Below are positions 1 to 12,656 of a stretch of 64,000 nucleotides of DNA, piece by piece. The notes under the pieces are model-generated. The model saw nothing but the letters and a program-made list of their open reading frames with translations, searched no databases and was not told the DNA's origin. Location of the stretch: NCBI GenBank assembly GCA_964016885.1, contig CAXHJY010000429.1:22650-86649 (forward strand), read 5' to 3'. The stretch is from Eledone cirrhosa. Its lineage: Eukaryota. Position numbers and translations under genes: made by a program. The stretch's first letter is position 1; every line of letters starts with the position of its first letter.

Positions 1-1031
1 TTGGTCAATGTTACAGTAAAGACTAATATTATATTTGGTCAATGTTACAGTAAAGACTAATATTATATTTGGTACATGTTACAGTAAAGACTAATAATAT
101 ATTTGGTACATGTTACAGTAAAGACTAATAATATATTTGGTACATGTTACAGTAAAGACTAATATTATATTTGGTACATGTTACAGTAAAGACTAATATT
201 ATATTTGGTACATGTTACAGTAAAGACTAATAATATATTTGGTACATGTTACAGTAAAGACTAATAATATATTTGGTACATGTTACAGTAAAGACTAATA
301 TTATATTTGGTACACGTTACAGTAAAGACTAATATTATATTTGGTCCATGTTACAGTAAAGACTAATATTATATTTGGTACATGTTACAGTAAAGACTAA
401 TATTATATTTGGTCAATGTTACAGTAAAGACTAATAATATATTTGGTACATGTTACAGTAAAGACTAATAATATATTTGGTACATGTTACAGTAAAGACT
501 AATATTATATTTGGTCCATGTTACAGTAAAGACTAATATTATATTTGGTACATGTTACAGTAAAGACTAATATTATATTTGGTACATGTTACAGTAAAGA
601 CTAATATTATATTTGTTACATGTTACAGTAAAGACTAATAATATATTTGGTACATGTTACAGTAAAGACTAATAATATATTTGGTACATGTTACAGTAAA
701 GACTAATATTATATTTGGTACATGTTACAGTAAAGACTAATATTATATTTGGTACATGTTACAGTAAAGACTAATATTATATTTGTTACATGTTACAGTA
801 AAGACAAATAATATATTTGGTACATGTTACAGTAAAGACTAATAATATATTTGGTCAATGTTACAGTAAAGACTAATAATATATTTGGTCAATGTTACAG
901 TAAAGACTAATAATATATTTGGTCAATGTTACAGTAAAGACTAATATTATATTTGGTACATGTTACAGTAAAGACTAATAATATATTTGGTACATGTTAC
1001 AGTAAAGACTAATATTATATTTGGTCCATGT
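1..1031. repeat. 34-bp minisatellite, about 30 copies, truncated by the window start
   Basis: Unit TTGGTACATGTTACAGTAAAGACTAATATTATAT with period 34; a partial unit resumes at about 1327-1352 after a SINE. Confidence 0.95.
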
Positions 1032-1033
1032 TA

Positions 1034-1325
1034 AGCGTCAAATTGCAGAGTCGTTAGAACGTCAGATAGAATACCTTTATGGTATTTGTTCCGGCTCTCT
1101 GAGTTCAAATTCTGTTGAGGTCAACTTTGCCTTTCATCCTTTCGAGGTCGATAAAAAAGTACCAGTCTAGTACTGGGATCGATTCTTCCACTCTCTGGGA
1201 GAAATCTGCTGTACTCAGGCCTGGAGAGGGATGGGTGCTACCAGACCTAAAATGCCCAAGAAACGCTGTATGTCAATACGGCACCCCTACAACTCTATCG
1301 GGAGTTACAGGACCATACATACAGT
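1034..1325 (+). mobile_element. tRNA-derived SINE with Nin/Deu-like central domain
   Basis: B-box-like GAGTTCAAAT and core GAGGTCAACTTTGCCTTTCATCCTTTCGAGGTCGATAAA; same subfamily as 22157-22466. Confidence 0.8.
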
Positions 1326-1664
1326 ATTTTGGTACATGTTACAGTAAAGACTCTTGTCTCCCTTTTTGAAAATTGGGATTATCACTCCCAATGACATCAC
1401 TTAGGTGCCTTTCTACAGATCCAGGCCACCCGGCATACATGAGTGCGACAGAGAATACCTTTTTTTTCTTACCTCTCACCATATTGAAGTTTTTGTGATC
1501 TTATCTGTGCCATACACTAATCTGATACTTTCTCAAACAAGTGAAGAGAGGCACATGGCGGGGTTTAATCCATCTTTCAACTTAGTTCTCTCTAGAAACA
1601 TAACTACAGATATTTTTTATCCATCATTAATGACAGAGGCGTTTTGTATATTTAAACTGTATGG

Positions 1665-1696
<32 letters not shown>

Positions 1697-1707
1697 CTGT
1701 GTGTGAA

Positions 1708-1815
1708 TTCTGGGTTCAATCGGGGGGTAACCACAGTAAGTAAGGTACTCAATCCTGATGATTTCCTTCGAATGAAACAATTCTAGTCCTTTAAAAGCCA
1801 TTTCTAAATCAAATT
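1708..1815 (+). mobile_element. Penelope-like pLTR remnant with degenerate hammerhead motif and an inverted tail piece
   Basis: CTGATGA(1755)...GAAAC-AATTCTA-GTC; related copies at 6843-6910 and 24170-24310; 1708-1753 is the reverse complement of the tail at about 24260-24304. Confidence 0.55.
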
Positions 1816-2878
1816 ATATATATATATATATATGTGTGTGTCATATGCATATATATATATATGCATATGACACATATATATGTATAACACCCACATATAT
1901 AATATACATAAATATCTACACACTCACACACATATATATAGGGTAAAAGAAAGACAGAATGCCAGATAAAGAAAGCAACAAAAACAAAATGTGGAAATGA
2001 GAAGGTGAGAATCGATTCAATAAATTTGTTAATGACTGACAACATAAGATTGATGAATTGCCAATATATTTATCATCAAATAGATTATATCTTCCTCAAT
2101 ATCGATTGATGTTTGATATTTATAGATATATAATATCTATGGCAGTAAAATTATCAAAGACTTTAAAACAATGAAATCCTGCTAAAATGCTTGGGGATGA
2201 ATGGTCTAGAAATAGTTTTTTTCTGGGGGTGAAACAGAGTGAGTAATGGTAGGAGGACATGATGGTTAAATTAACAGAGAAAGAAACAGAATCCTTAGTA
2301 AATAACATACACACATATATATATCATCATCATCATCATTTTACGTCCGCTTTTCCCTGCTTGCATTATATATATATATATAAATTTTTATATATATATA
2401 TATAAAGATTTTAGTCTTCAAATTTATTATTATTACTATATATATATATATATGTATGTAAAAGGTAAACAGAAATAGCAACACAATCGGTACAGTATAT
2501 GGAAGGTATATATTAGGTTAACGCTTGATATAGCAGGAAGAGGGTCTTAACGTTTGAGAATGAGAAATAAAATAGGTTGAGGGGACGGGTGGGATGGAAT
2601 TGGAAAAAATGTCTTTAGATAAAAATAACAGGACCATTCATGTTGACATCTGATGCGTATGTGTGTGTGTGTGTGTGTGTTATTATAGGTCCATAGGAAG
2701 CGAAGAAGAAATGTGTGTGTATATGTGAGTAAAAGAGTGCGTGTGTATGTAAGTACGAAGCTATGAGCAAAAGTATGTTAATATAAGGGTGTCTATCGGC
2801 ATGTATTAGTAGTAAGAGAAGCTGCTAATGATCAAGAGAAAGCGATAGGAATCTAGGGGTATGATAATGGACGGGGTA

Positions 2879-3500
2879 TTAGAGAAATTGGGGAGCTGAG
2901 TTGAGTCCAAGAGGGGAATAGGACCCAAGACAGTGAATCAGACTTTGTTCAGTCCTGGTGCACGAGGCCTGTGATCCATGATGTAAAAGGACACCCAGGA
3001 CTGAAACATGTACGGAAGAATGACCAGGAGAACAGAAATGATGGGCGACAGAAATATTCAAACTGAGTTGTATGTCCCTCAAATGTTTGGCAAAATGGTC
3101 CGTCATACGGCATCCCGTTTGTCCGATATATAAAGACCCACAAAGGGAACACCGGAGGGCATAGACAACGTGGGTGGATGTGCAGGTGAGGAATGGCGGA
3201 TATGGAAAGATCCGTTAGGGCCTGTGAGAGTGGTGAGGGTGGAAATAAAGGGACAAGTGTTGCAGTGGGAACGGGAACAAGGATGAGAGCCGGGTGGAGT
3301 CGTGGGAGAGGATGAAAAAGAACTGCGAACCAGGAGGTTGTGGAGGTTTCAGGCGCGCTTAAAAGCAGTAATGGGTGGGTTTGGAAAAAGGCGAGCAGTG
3401 ACGGGGTCAGAAGAGAGGATATGGAAGGAATGGAGGATATGTTGCTGAAGTGGTAGGGTGATGGGGTGGTAGGAGAGAGGGAAAGGAACTGGGTGAAGTA
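2879..3500 (-). mobile_element. Penelope-like element C-terminal GIY-YIG endonuclease fragment (frameshifted)
   Basis: Minus-strand translation gives PCSRSHCNTCPF...LYIGQTGCRMTDHFAKHLRDI...VAHHF...EQSLIHCLGSYSPLGLN, typical of the PLE GIY-YIG end. Confidence 0.8.
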
Positions 3501-4450
3501 CTACATGTTTAGTGTAGTAAACACCAAATATGTAATAGAAATACTTGTGGGGTGAAGGAAGGATGACATAAAACTCAATGACTAATATTCTTTATTGTAA
3601 TATATTTTGGCAAGAAAAAAGAAACAACAACAACAACAAATATGTTTCGGTCTAATTAAATCTCCCCAGTTTAGCAGATTGCAACATGGCTTTATGGCTA
3701 TTTACTTGTTTATATTGAAAAAAAAAAAAAAAACTCTCTCTCCCTCTCTGTCTAAATATATACATATATATATTTATATATATATATCTTCACACTCTCT
3801 CTCTATCAATCTATCTCCCCCCCCCCCCACCCATTGAAAACATAAATAAAAGGAAACGAAAGTCACATTATTTCTAAAAGAAAGTGATTAATAGGACAGC
3901 TATTAGAATACCCACCAACCGAAACACACCCTCGCTTGTGTGTGTGTATATATGCATACACACACACACACATATATATATATATATGTATGTATGTGTG
4001 TGTATATATATATATATATATAATATATATATATAATATATATATATATATTTATTAAAATAACAGATTAAAGTTTAAGCAAAGAATCGTTGCTTCCACC
4101 CTTAATGGGATCTTCTGAAACTAAAAAAATCAATCTGTGAACGCAGAAGTAAATTTGTTCTAGGGTTCTTATATATTTGATATATATTTATCCTTATCGA
4201 GCCCTCTTTCGAATATGAGTGGAACAGCAACATCACAACTTACGATTAAGGACAAAATGAAAACACACACACACACAGAACAAACAACCAACCGGTAACA
4301 TGTAAATAAACAAATAAATAAACAAATATAAACAGACACAGACACCCGGATGTGGCGCATGCGTAGACTGAGCACACAACACACACACAGAAACAAAATG
4401 GCATAGGACAGAACAAAGGAGAGACACAAAAACAAAGAAAAGAATCCCCA

Positions 4451-4493
4451 GTCACTGAAGAGGTCACAGAATGTGTGACGAAAGAACTTTGAC
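4451..4493 (+). ncRNA. Minimal type I hammerhead ribozyme motif in a PLE pLTR-derived repeat (about 4360-4645)
   Basis: GTCA-CTGAAGA-G-GTCACA/TGTGAC-GAAA-GAAC-TT-TGAC; stems I and II pair; one extra G after the core. Confidence 0.6.
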
Positions 4494-4660
4494 AATATAT
4501 AAACAACTATCTGGTTGTGGAACCAACCAACCAACCAAAAATTTATAAATTCCTAAATTCCTAAATTTATTATAATAAATTGAAGTGAAAGCAACTGGTG
4601 CGTGTGTTTCTTATTGTCAACATGACCCTCCCAAAGTATAACAATATATATATATATATG

Positions 4661-4724
<64 letters not shown>

Positions 4725-5136
4725 TACATACATATATATGTATATATAGATACATCTATATCTATATATTTATGTGTGTGTGTGTGCGTATATGTGTGTG
4801 TATGTATATATACATATGTATGTTTATGTATATATATTTATTAAAAATTACCAGTAGGTTTCTTTAATAACCGGATGGTTATATATTTATTGTCAAATCT
4901 CTTTCGTCACACATTTTGTAACTTCCTCAATGACTAATTTGTCATTTCGTGTCTCTCCTTTATTTTGTCCTACACCATCTCGTTTTTGTATATATAACCA
5001 TCCAGTTTGAAAATCCGTTGCGTCCACGAGTATGATTCTCTAACTTTATACCACTTGTCCTATGAATTGAGTGCTTCACTTACTACAGATATAACCTCCT
5101 GCTGTTCTATCACTATATATATATATATATATATTA

Positions 5137-5540
5137 TCATCGTTTAACGTCCATCTTCCACGCTAGCATGGGTTTGGAGGGGAATTTTCCCACTTGATTG
5201 GTTGTCTTGCTCGTATAGGACTGTCTGGTGGGTTTTCTACAGCTGGATGCCCTTCCTAACACCAACCTCATTTACAGCGAGTGCTGGGTGCTTTTTTTCC
5301 GTGGCGCCTACACGTCCACTTTACAATGTGAGCTGGGTGCTTTTTTGCCGTGGCACTTCCATGACCACTTTGCAGTGGAATGATAGGGACCCAGTCCTAT
5401 CATCTCATTTTGACAGTTGAGTAAACTGGAGCAATGTGAAATAAAGTGTCTTGCTCAAGGAAACAACACATCACCCAGTCCGAGAATTGAACTCACAACC
5501 TTTCGATTGCAAGCCCAATTCTCTAACCATGAAGCACCTT

Positions 5541-5541
<1 letters not shown>
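5137..5541 (-). mobile_element. tRNA-head, CORE-like SINE with RTE-derived 3' tail
   Basis: Minus strand TTGAGCAAGACACTTTATTTCAC core; tail shared with the 3'UTR of the RTE at 18335-18636. Confidence 0.75.
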
Positions 5542-5597
<56 letters not shown>

Positions 5598-5774
5598 GTG
5601 TGTGTGTGTGTGTGTGTGTGTGCAAGAGAGAGAGAGAGAGAGGGAGAGAGACTACATATCTGTGTAGTTAAAGTTTCAGAATAAATCTCTTTTGTCAAGT
5701 AAAAACAATAGTGAACTACATTTAATGTTGGTTACTATGGTTACTCTATCTAAATCTAGCATCTAAATATATGG

Positions 5775-6317
5775 TGGGTGGTGGTGGTAAAAGTGGTGGT
5801 AATGGTGGTGGTAGAAGTGGTGGTTTTATTGTTGGTTTTGGGGGTTGTTGTTGGTGTTATTGTTGTTGTTGATGGTGGTTGTTGTTGGTTGGTTGGTTGG
5901 TTGGTGTTGGCGTTATTGTTGTTGGTGGTTGGTGTTGGTGGTTGTTGGTGTTATTGTTGTTGTTGGTGGTTGGTGTTGGCGGTTGTTGGTGTTATTGTTG
6001 TTGGTGGTGGTTGTGGTTGGAGGTTGTTGTTGATGGTGGTTGGTGTTGTTGTTGGTTGGTTGGTGTTGGCGTTATTGTTGTTGGTGGTTGGTGTTGGTGG
6101 TTGTTGGTGTTATTGTTGTTGTTGGTGGTGGTTGGTGTTGGCGGTTGTTGGTGTTATTGTTGTTGGTGGTGGTTGTGGTTGGAGGTTGTTGTTGTTGTTG
6201 ATGGTGGTTGGTGTTGGTGGTGGAGGTTGTTATTGTTGGTAGTGGAGGTTGTACTGCTGTGGTTGTTGTTGTTGTAGGTGTTGTTGTTGGTGGTGGTATA
6301 GGTTGTGGTTGGTGTTG
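5775..6317. repeat. (GGT/GTT)n compound low-complexity tract with internal duplication
   Basis: Trinucleotide GT-rich repeats; explains the overlapping V/G/C ORFs. Confidence 0.9.
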
Positions 6318-6413
6318 GGTCATCACAAAGACACCAGACAAGAACTTGTTCTTGTCTGATAAACAGACAAAACTCCAGAGTAACAAGACTCATTTTTTAG
6401 CCTTAATACATAC

Positions 6414-6536
6414 TTATTACTACAGATTAAAGTTTAAGCAAAGAATCGCTGCTTTCACCCTTTAACAAGTTACAGAAGATCCCAAAATATGGTGCAAGCA
6501 GCGATTCTTTGCTTAAACTTTAATCTGTAGTAATAA
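6414..6536. repeat. Inverted repeat (fold-back) of a dispersed repeat end
   Basis: TACAGATTAAAGTTTAAGCAAAGAATCGCTGC vs GCAGCGATTCTTTGCTTAAACTTTAATCTGTA; single copies at about 4063 and 28255. Confidence 0.8.
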
Positions 6537-6920
6537 TAAATATTTGCTCTACATTGGGGTCCTGAATTTTTTCCTTTTACCCACTCTACTATCCCAATTA
6601 ACGAGTACTCTGGTGAGTAATGGTCTAACTGGTTTTTACCGATTCCAATCTGATATATATATATCATCATCATCATCATCGTTTAACATCTATTTTCCAT
6701 GCTAGCATGGGTTAGACAGGAGTTGTCCCAATTTGAGGCAAGGTTGGTCGGGTGACCGTGTCTCGCTTGTATAGGATATATATAAATCCATCAGCCAATG
6801 ACCTCTACCCATCCCAATCACCACCATTACACATTGACAGTCGGCTTTCCTGATGATTTCCTTCAAATGAAACAGTTCTAGTCCGATAGAAGCCATTTCT
6901 ATATTAAATATATCTATATC

Positions 6921-6951
<31 letters not shown>

Positions 6952-7119
6952 CGGAATATCAGAAAATAAAAAATAAATGCAGGAGCAAATGTTACAAATA
7001 TTATTAGTTTCTTGCTTGGTGAGAGTGGGCGTCATATATATATATAAACACTGTTCATATATTTGTTAATGTTTCTCAATTGTTTGTGTATTGCAGTTGA
7101 CTTCACCAAAGTTTGAAAT

Positions 7120-7183
7120 ATGAGGAGACATGTTGGATTAACTTTATGGCTTGGTGGTGTCTTTCTGCTCTTCTTAAAACCAG
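7120..7183 (+). CDS. Cadherin-related mucin-like receptor, coding exon 1 (signal peptide)
   Basis: MRRHVGLTLWLGGVFLLFLKP; acceptor TTGCAG at 7091-7096 implies an upstream UTR exon; donor GTGACT, phase 1. Confidence 0.75.
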
Positions 7184-7745
7184 GTGACTAACAACTTATA
7201 TAATCCTCTGACTCACAACACCACCATTACAACTCTCCTATTCTCTTCATCACATCCTGATATGAAAGAGATACAAACACCACAACACTTTTTATACTAC
7301 ACAGTACTGTAGAAGACCCACCTCCCCAGAGGGGAAAGGGTGTACTACACAGTACTGCAGAGGGGCACCTCCCCAGGGGCACTGGATGAAGCAAACATCA
7401 TAACTCTCACACCTTAACACTCCACCCTTTACCAGCTAAGTACCCAACCCAAAACCTCTTTTGTGTTGTGTTGGTGACATGACAAAAGTACTCAGCACAT
7501 CCTGAAAAGTGCTGGTGACACTACAAAAAGCACCCACTATTCAATATATTGATTTAAAATGATCAATCAATGCTCTGAAACAATCGTAAAACTATGAAGT
7601 AATTGAGAAGCTATCTCCGACTTTTGTTTTATATTCATTGTTCAATACACATGTACACACACATACACACACACTCACACACATATATATATGCTGTCAG
7701 GACTTTGGAGAAAAACTAGGCATATTTTGTCTATTTTCTCCTTGC

Positions 7746-7824
<79 letters not shown>

Positions 7825-8653
7825 TAGATAGATAGAGAGTGAGGGAAAGTCTATAACAGAGTATATAATAGCCGAGCTGTCAATCCCAAGGCAGTTGACA
7901 TCAAAAGAAAAACAAAACAAAACAGAAGAGCCATTCATAGATAAAATAGTAAAGGTGTGTATTGAGTGTTACCTTCGGCTTGCACTCTCAGTACTGCCTG
8001 GATTCCTTACAGGGACAACCTCATTGCTTTTGTTTGAGAGCTTTAATAATATCCTAAAATGGCGGCCTTTATTACACCTAGGAGAAAAACTACATAACAC
8101 AGTGGTGGTAGTGGTAGTAGTGGTGGTGGAGGTGGCGGAGGTGGTGGTGGTAGTGGTGGTAGTGGAGGTGGTGGAGGTGGCAGTGGTGGAGGTGGCAGTG
8201 GTGCAGTGGTGGTGGTAGTGGAGGTAGTGGTGGTGGTGTTTCTTGTATTACGCTCCTCAAACCAAAGTACAACAACAACAACAAAGACAACAATATCGAC
8301 AACGACAACAACAACAACCATATATATTTACCTATATAGTGAAAACTATTTATCTGGGTCTCCTAAACCTAATTTGTTTTTTGTTATGAACAAATAACTT
8401 CAGCAGTATACAACAAGAGAAAGACTGAAGGTATATGTATGTTGTTGTTGCTGTGGTTTATTTTTGTTAGTCTGATTAAAACCCGGGTTGGAGTGGGGGG
8501 GGGGGGGGGGCAATCTCAATCTATCATCATCCCATAATACAAGTGCTGCCCTCTGGGCCAATGTATTCTCCATCTTGTCGGCTGCCAGGACCAAGCGATG
8601 GAGGGTAAGTTAGTTGGAGGTAGAGGATTCCCGTTTGGGCATCACAAACAAAA

Positions 8654-8931
8654 ATGAAACTGTGGTCAAGGTCTGCCTTTCATCTGAGGTCAGTGACTGC
8701 CTTTCATCTGTGGTCAAGGCCTGCCTTTCATCTGTGGTCAATGACTGCCTTTCATCTGTGGTCAATGACTGCCTTTCATCTGTGGTCAAGGCCTGCCTTT
8801 CATCTGTGGTTAATGACTGCCTTTCATCTGTGGTCAATGACTGCCTTTCATCTGTGGTCAAGGCCTGCCTTTCATCTGTGGTCAATAACTGCCTTTTATC
8901 TGTGGTCAAGGGCTGCCTTTCATCTGTGGTC
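8654..8931. repeat. 24-bp minisatellite, about 11 copies
   Basis: Unit ACTGCCTTTCATCTGTGGTCAATG; the TTDERQSL ORFs are artefacts of it. Confidence 0.9.
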
Positions 8932-9833
8932 TAGGCCCATCATGCTGTCTATCTTATTTGTGATTTACTCCCATGATACAACTGCCTGTTGTGGGAATAT
9001 CCAGAAATACATCACTGATAGTCTCACATCTTTTATGATAGTAAAGTATGATTTATGGTGAGATTTGGCTCCCATTTCTTACGACCATGTAGAAGCCACT
9101 TCTCTGACTCGTTGTTGTTTAATCCAAACTATGAATGACCAGACCTTTGACCAAAGCCATTTAAGGGATGACCTCCCCATCTTTTATCCAAGAATGGCAT
9201 ATTCTAGACTATATTATAAAAAGTCTTCTTTGAGGAACAAATATTCTTGTATGGTCTAACAACTCATTCCCAGTCTTCTACTGTTGCCTTGCCTAGACAT
9301 CCCCTCCACACACACACCTTTGCAAATTAGGCAGTCAAAAACCTTTCTCCTTCCAACCATCAGAGTCCAGAGTTAGTCTCTCCAACTGTCCCCTAAGAAT
9401 ATCCCAACCTCTTCACTTGTGCCTCCAAATTATGGAGTCACATATTTCTAGGCCTTCCTCTTTTCCTTCTCTCTGTCAGTTTCAGGTCAGTGTTTGCCTT
9501 GTGTTGCAAGATGCAAGCTTTTGGAGGGTGTAACCAACCCATTTCTTTCACTTCTGGGCAATTTCATAATTGTGGACAAGTTGTTAATGACTTGGCTGTC
9601 ACAATTCCTTCTACTGTAGTCATTATCTAATAAGGTAAGGGTAAAGACTCCCTTTGGTCATGGGTGATCATAGGATTTGCATCTAGAAAGTGGAGGGAGG
9701 GGGGTAGCGCCCACTTTGAGAACCTCTGTTCTAACCTCTAAACCCTCCCCCCTCATTATCTAATAATTACATGACTTATTAATGACTGTTAATCACTAAA
9801 TTAATCACTGTATCCATGTCTTTTCTTCTGTAG

Positions 9834-9896
9834 CATTAGCTGCTGATTGTAAAGTCAACCAGAGTACTTTTTCAATTAAAGAACCTGTCCCAAAAG
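9834..9896 (+). CDS. Cadherin-related gene exon 2 (signal peptide end, EC1 start)
   Basis: TTCTGTAG/GTAACA; ALAADCKVNQSTFSIKEPVPK(G) with xExxPxG motif; phase 1-1. Confidence 0.8.
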
Positions 9897-10018
9897 GTAA
9901 CAACTTCTTTCATTTTTGCTTTTCATAAAAACTAAAATTGTTTCAACATGTTGACGTGTATATGTGTATATACATACACACATACATTCTAACCTCATGC
10001 CCATACATATATACATAC

Positions 10019-10345
10019 AAGGCGCATAGCTTAGTGGTTAGAGTGTCGGGCTTACAGTCGCGAGGTTGTGAGTTCCATTCTCGGACCGGGCTTTGCGTTG
10101 TGTTCTTGAGCAAGACACTTTATTTCACGTTGTACCAGTTGACTCAGCTGTAGAGTTGCGACATCAATGATGTCAAGCTGTATCAGCCATTGCCTTTCCC
10201 TTGGACAACATTGATGGCATGGAGAGGAGAGACTGGTATACATGGGAGACTGCTGGTCTTCCACAAACAACCTTGCCCGGACTTGTGCCTAGGAGGGGAA
10301 CTTTCTATGGTCATTCGTGACCGAAGGGGGTCTTTACCCTTTACC
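10019..10345 (+). mobile_element. tRNA-derived CORE-like SINE
   Basis: A box TAGCTTAGTGG, B-box-like GAGTTCCATTC, core TTGAGCAAGACACTTTATTTCAC, TTTACC tail. Confidence 0.8.
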
Positions 10346-10388
10346 CATATACATACAATATAATATATTACATTCCATATATTTACAG

Positions 10389-10522
10389 GTGAAATCCTAA
10401 GCAACTTACCTTCTGGTAATTGGACATTCAAGTCATCAAAACCCAATGGGTATATAAACCTTGAAAAGAAAAATGGGAAATATTGTTTAAAGGTTGTAAA
10501 AGAGATCGATGTTGAAGCGATG
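10389..10522 (+). CDS. Cadherin-related gene exon 3 (EC1)
   Basis: TTACAG/GTAGGA; GEILSNLPSGNWTF...LKVVKEIDVEAM with DxE motif; phase 1-0. Confidence 0.8.
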
Positions 10523-11165
10523 GTAGGATACATTTTTATTTATTTTCTTCTTTCTTTTCTTAACCCATTAGCATTTAAACTGGCCATATCCAGCCAGAAT
10601 TCTCTCACCTCTTTCTGTTCAAACCAGCTGTAACTGTCCACTCGTACTGATGTTAAAGTATTGTTACCAAAATAAATATAATCAATATCTCATAGATTCG
10701 ATATTACGTGAGATAATTATGAGAAATAAAGCCTTTACTGTCAAAATATTATAGTAAATATAGAGTAATGTAAATGCTAAAGGGTTAATCCATAATTCTT
10801 GATGCCATAATGACATACAACATTTATTGGGCATTATTAAACCTGGTGGAGTCCATGCCTTCTAAAGATCTGAACACAACTGATTTCTTCCAGAGAAGGG
10901 GAATGGCAGTGTTAGAGGAGAAGTGAGGAAGAGATATAAGGGAAAAATTGAGCCCAGTATCAGACTTGTTTTATTGATCTAGAAAGGATGAATTGCTTTT
11001 AATTGAAACATATATATATATATATATATTTATATATTTCAATTAAAAGCAATCTTATGCTGAGAGAAAAATTAGGAATAGGCTTATTTATTTATTAAAA
11101 CACTAATTAGTTTTTATCTACCATATTGGACTGTGTGGGTCTAGGAGATTGAACTGTTTACTTTA

Positions 11166-11363
11166 ACTGACTGCATTTAGTCCTAGTACCAGTGTCTGTT
11201 AACAGTGACTATATTTAGTCCTAGTACCAGTGTCTGTTAACACTGACTGTAGTTAGTCCTAGTACCAGTGTCTATTAACACTGACTATATTTAGTCCTAG
11301 TACCAGTGTTTATTAACAGTGACTATATTTAGTCCTAGTACCAGTGTTTATTAACACTGACTG
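11166..11363. repeat. 38-bp minisatellite, 5 copies
   Basis: Unit ACTGACTATATTTAGTCCTAGTACCAGTGTCTGTTAAC. Confidence 0.9.
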
Positions 11364-12656
11364 TATCTGTATTTTAAAATCTCTTTCCTAGATGGTTGGT
11401 CTATCGTGAGATATAATCTGAAATTAGTGAACAAAACACAAAAACAAGGGGAAGGAAAGGGGTTAATTTTCTTTTGAAAAGTTGCCACAATGTAAGTAAT
11501 ATGCTAATGGCTGGGTGAGGTCTGGTATAATCATGTGAAGGGAGGAGGTTCTGTCAGTAAAGATGATGTTTAAAGATAAAACAAATAAAGATAATTGTTT
11601 GTAGTGTGGTCAATCAGCAGTGGTTGACCTCACTGGAGGTCAATCATCAGTAGTTGAAATGACCTGAGGTCAATCAGTAGTAGTTGATCTCACCTAAGGT
11701 CAACCAGTAGTAGTTGAAATGACCTGAGGTCAACAATTTTGTTGCTGTTAAGTACCTGCTAATGTAATTTATGCTGTGAACTTACATCTCTCAATTTACC
11801 ATGCTCCAATGTTGAGGATGCCCCAATGACATGAACACCAGATCTCATGGACTCCAGATGTCACAAACTACCAATATCATGGTCACCAGATATCATGAAC
11901 CTCATGTCATGGTCACCAGATGTCAAGAACACCAAATATCATGGACACCAGATGTCATGGAATACCAATGTCATGAACTTCAAGTCATGGTCACCAGATG
12001 TCCTGGACAGCAGACGTCATGGATGCTATAATGTTGAAGAAGCCTCAGTGTCTTAAGCACATCAATATCAAAGACGATCCAATGACATGGATGCTCCAGT
12101 GTTACAGGCACTCCAGTGTTATGGACGTTCCAATGACATGGATGAAATTCCAAATTTGTTTTCTGAAATAAATAGCATTTTAATTGCTGGAAAAAATTAT
12201 CTCCCTTTCCTCCTTTGAAAAGAATTATTATTAAGACTAATAGCCTCTCTTAATTTTAGGAGCATAATTTCAAATGATTAAAACTTATTTCCAGCTCACT
12301 ACACTAAGTATATTATCCTGCATATAATTATATGTAGGTAACCCATAGACTTTTCAACATGGTGATGCGTATATGTGTGTGCATGTGTATGTACATATGC
12401 ATGCATTTACATGTATGAGTATATAAATATAAACATGCAAACACAGACACACTTACAAAAATACAGTCACAGATATACATTCACACAAACACACACATTT
12501 ACACAAACACACATACATTTACACAAACATGCACATACACTCACACACAACATAGCAAATGGAACGCCAGCTGTGGTTTTGCTATAGTTTTTTTCAACAT
12601 CTCCTTCCTTCCTTTTACATTGTGTACAGACGCAAGTCACCAAATTTATATATAGA

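Noticed and set aside
1-1031. CRISPR-like array (34-bp period)
   Set aside because: No unique spacers or cas genes; eukaryotic minisatellite
10019-10090. tRNA gene
   Set aside because: tRNA-like head continues into a SINE body and lacks a clean cloverleaf
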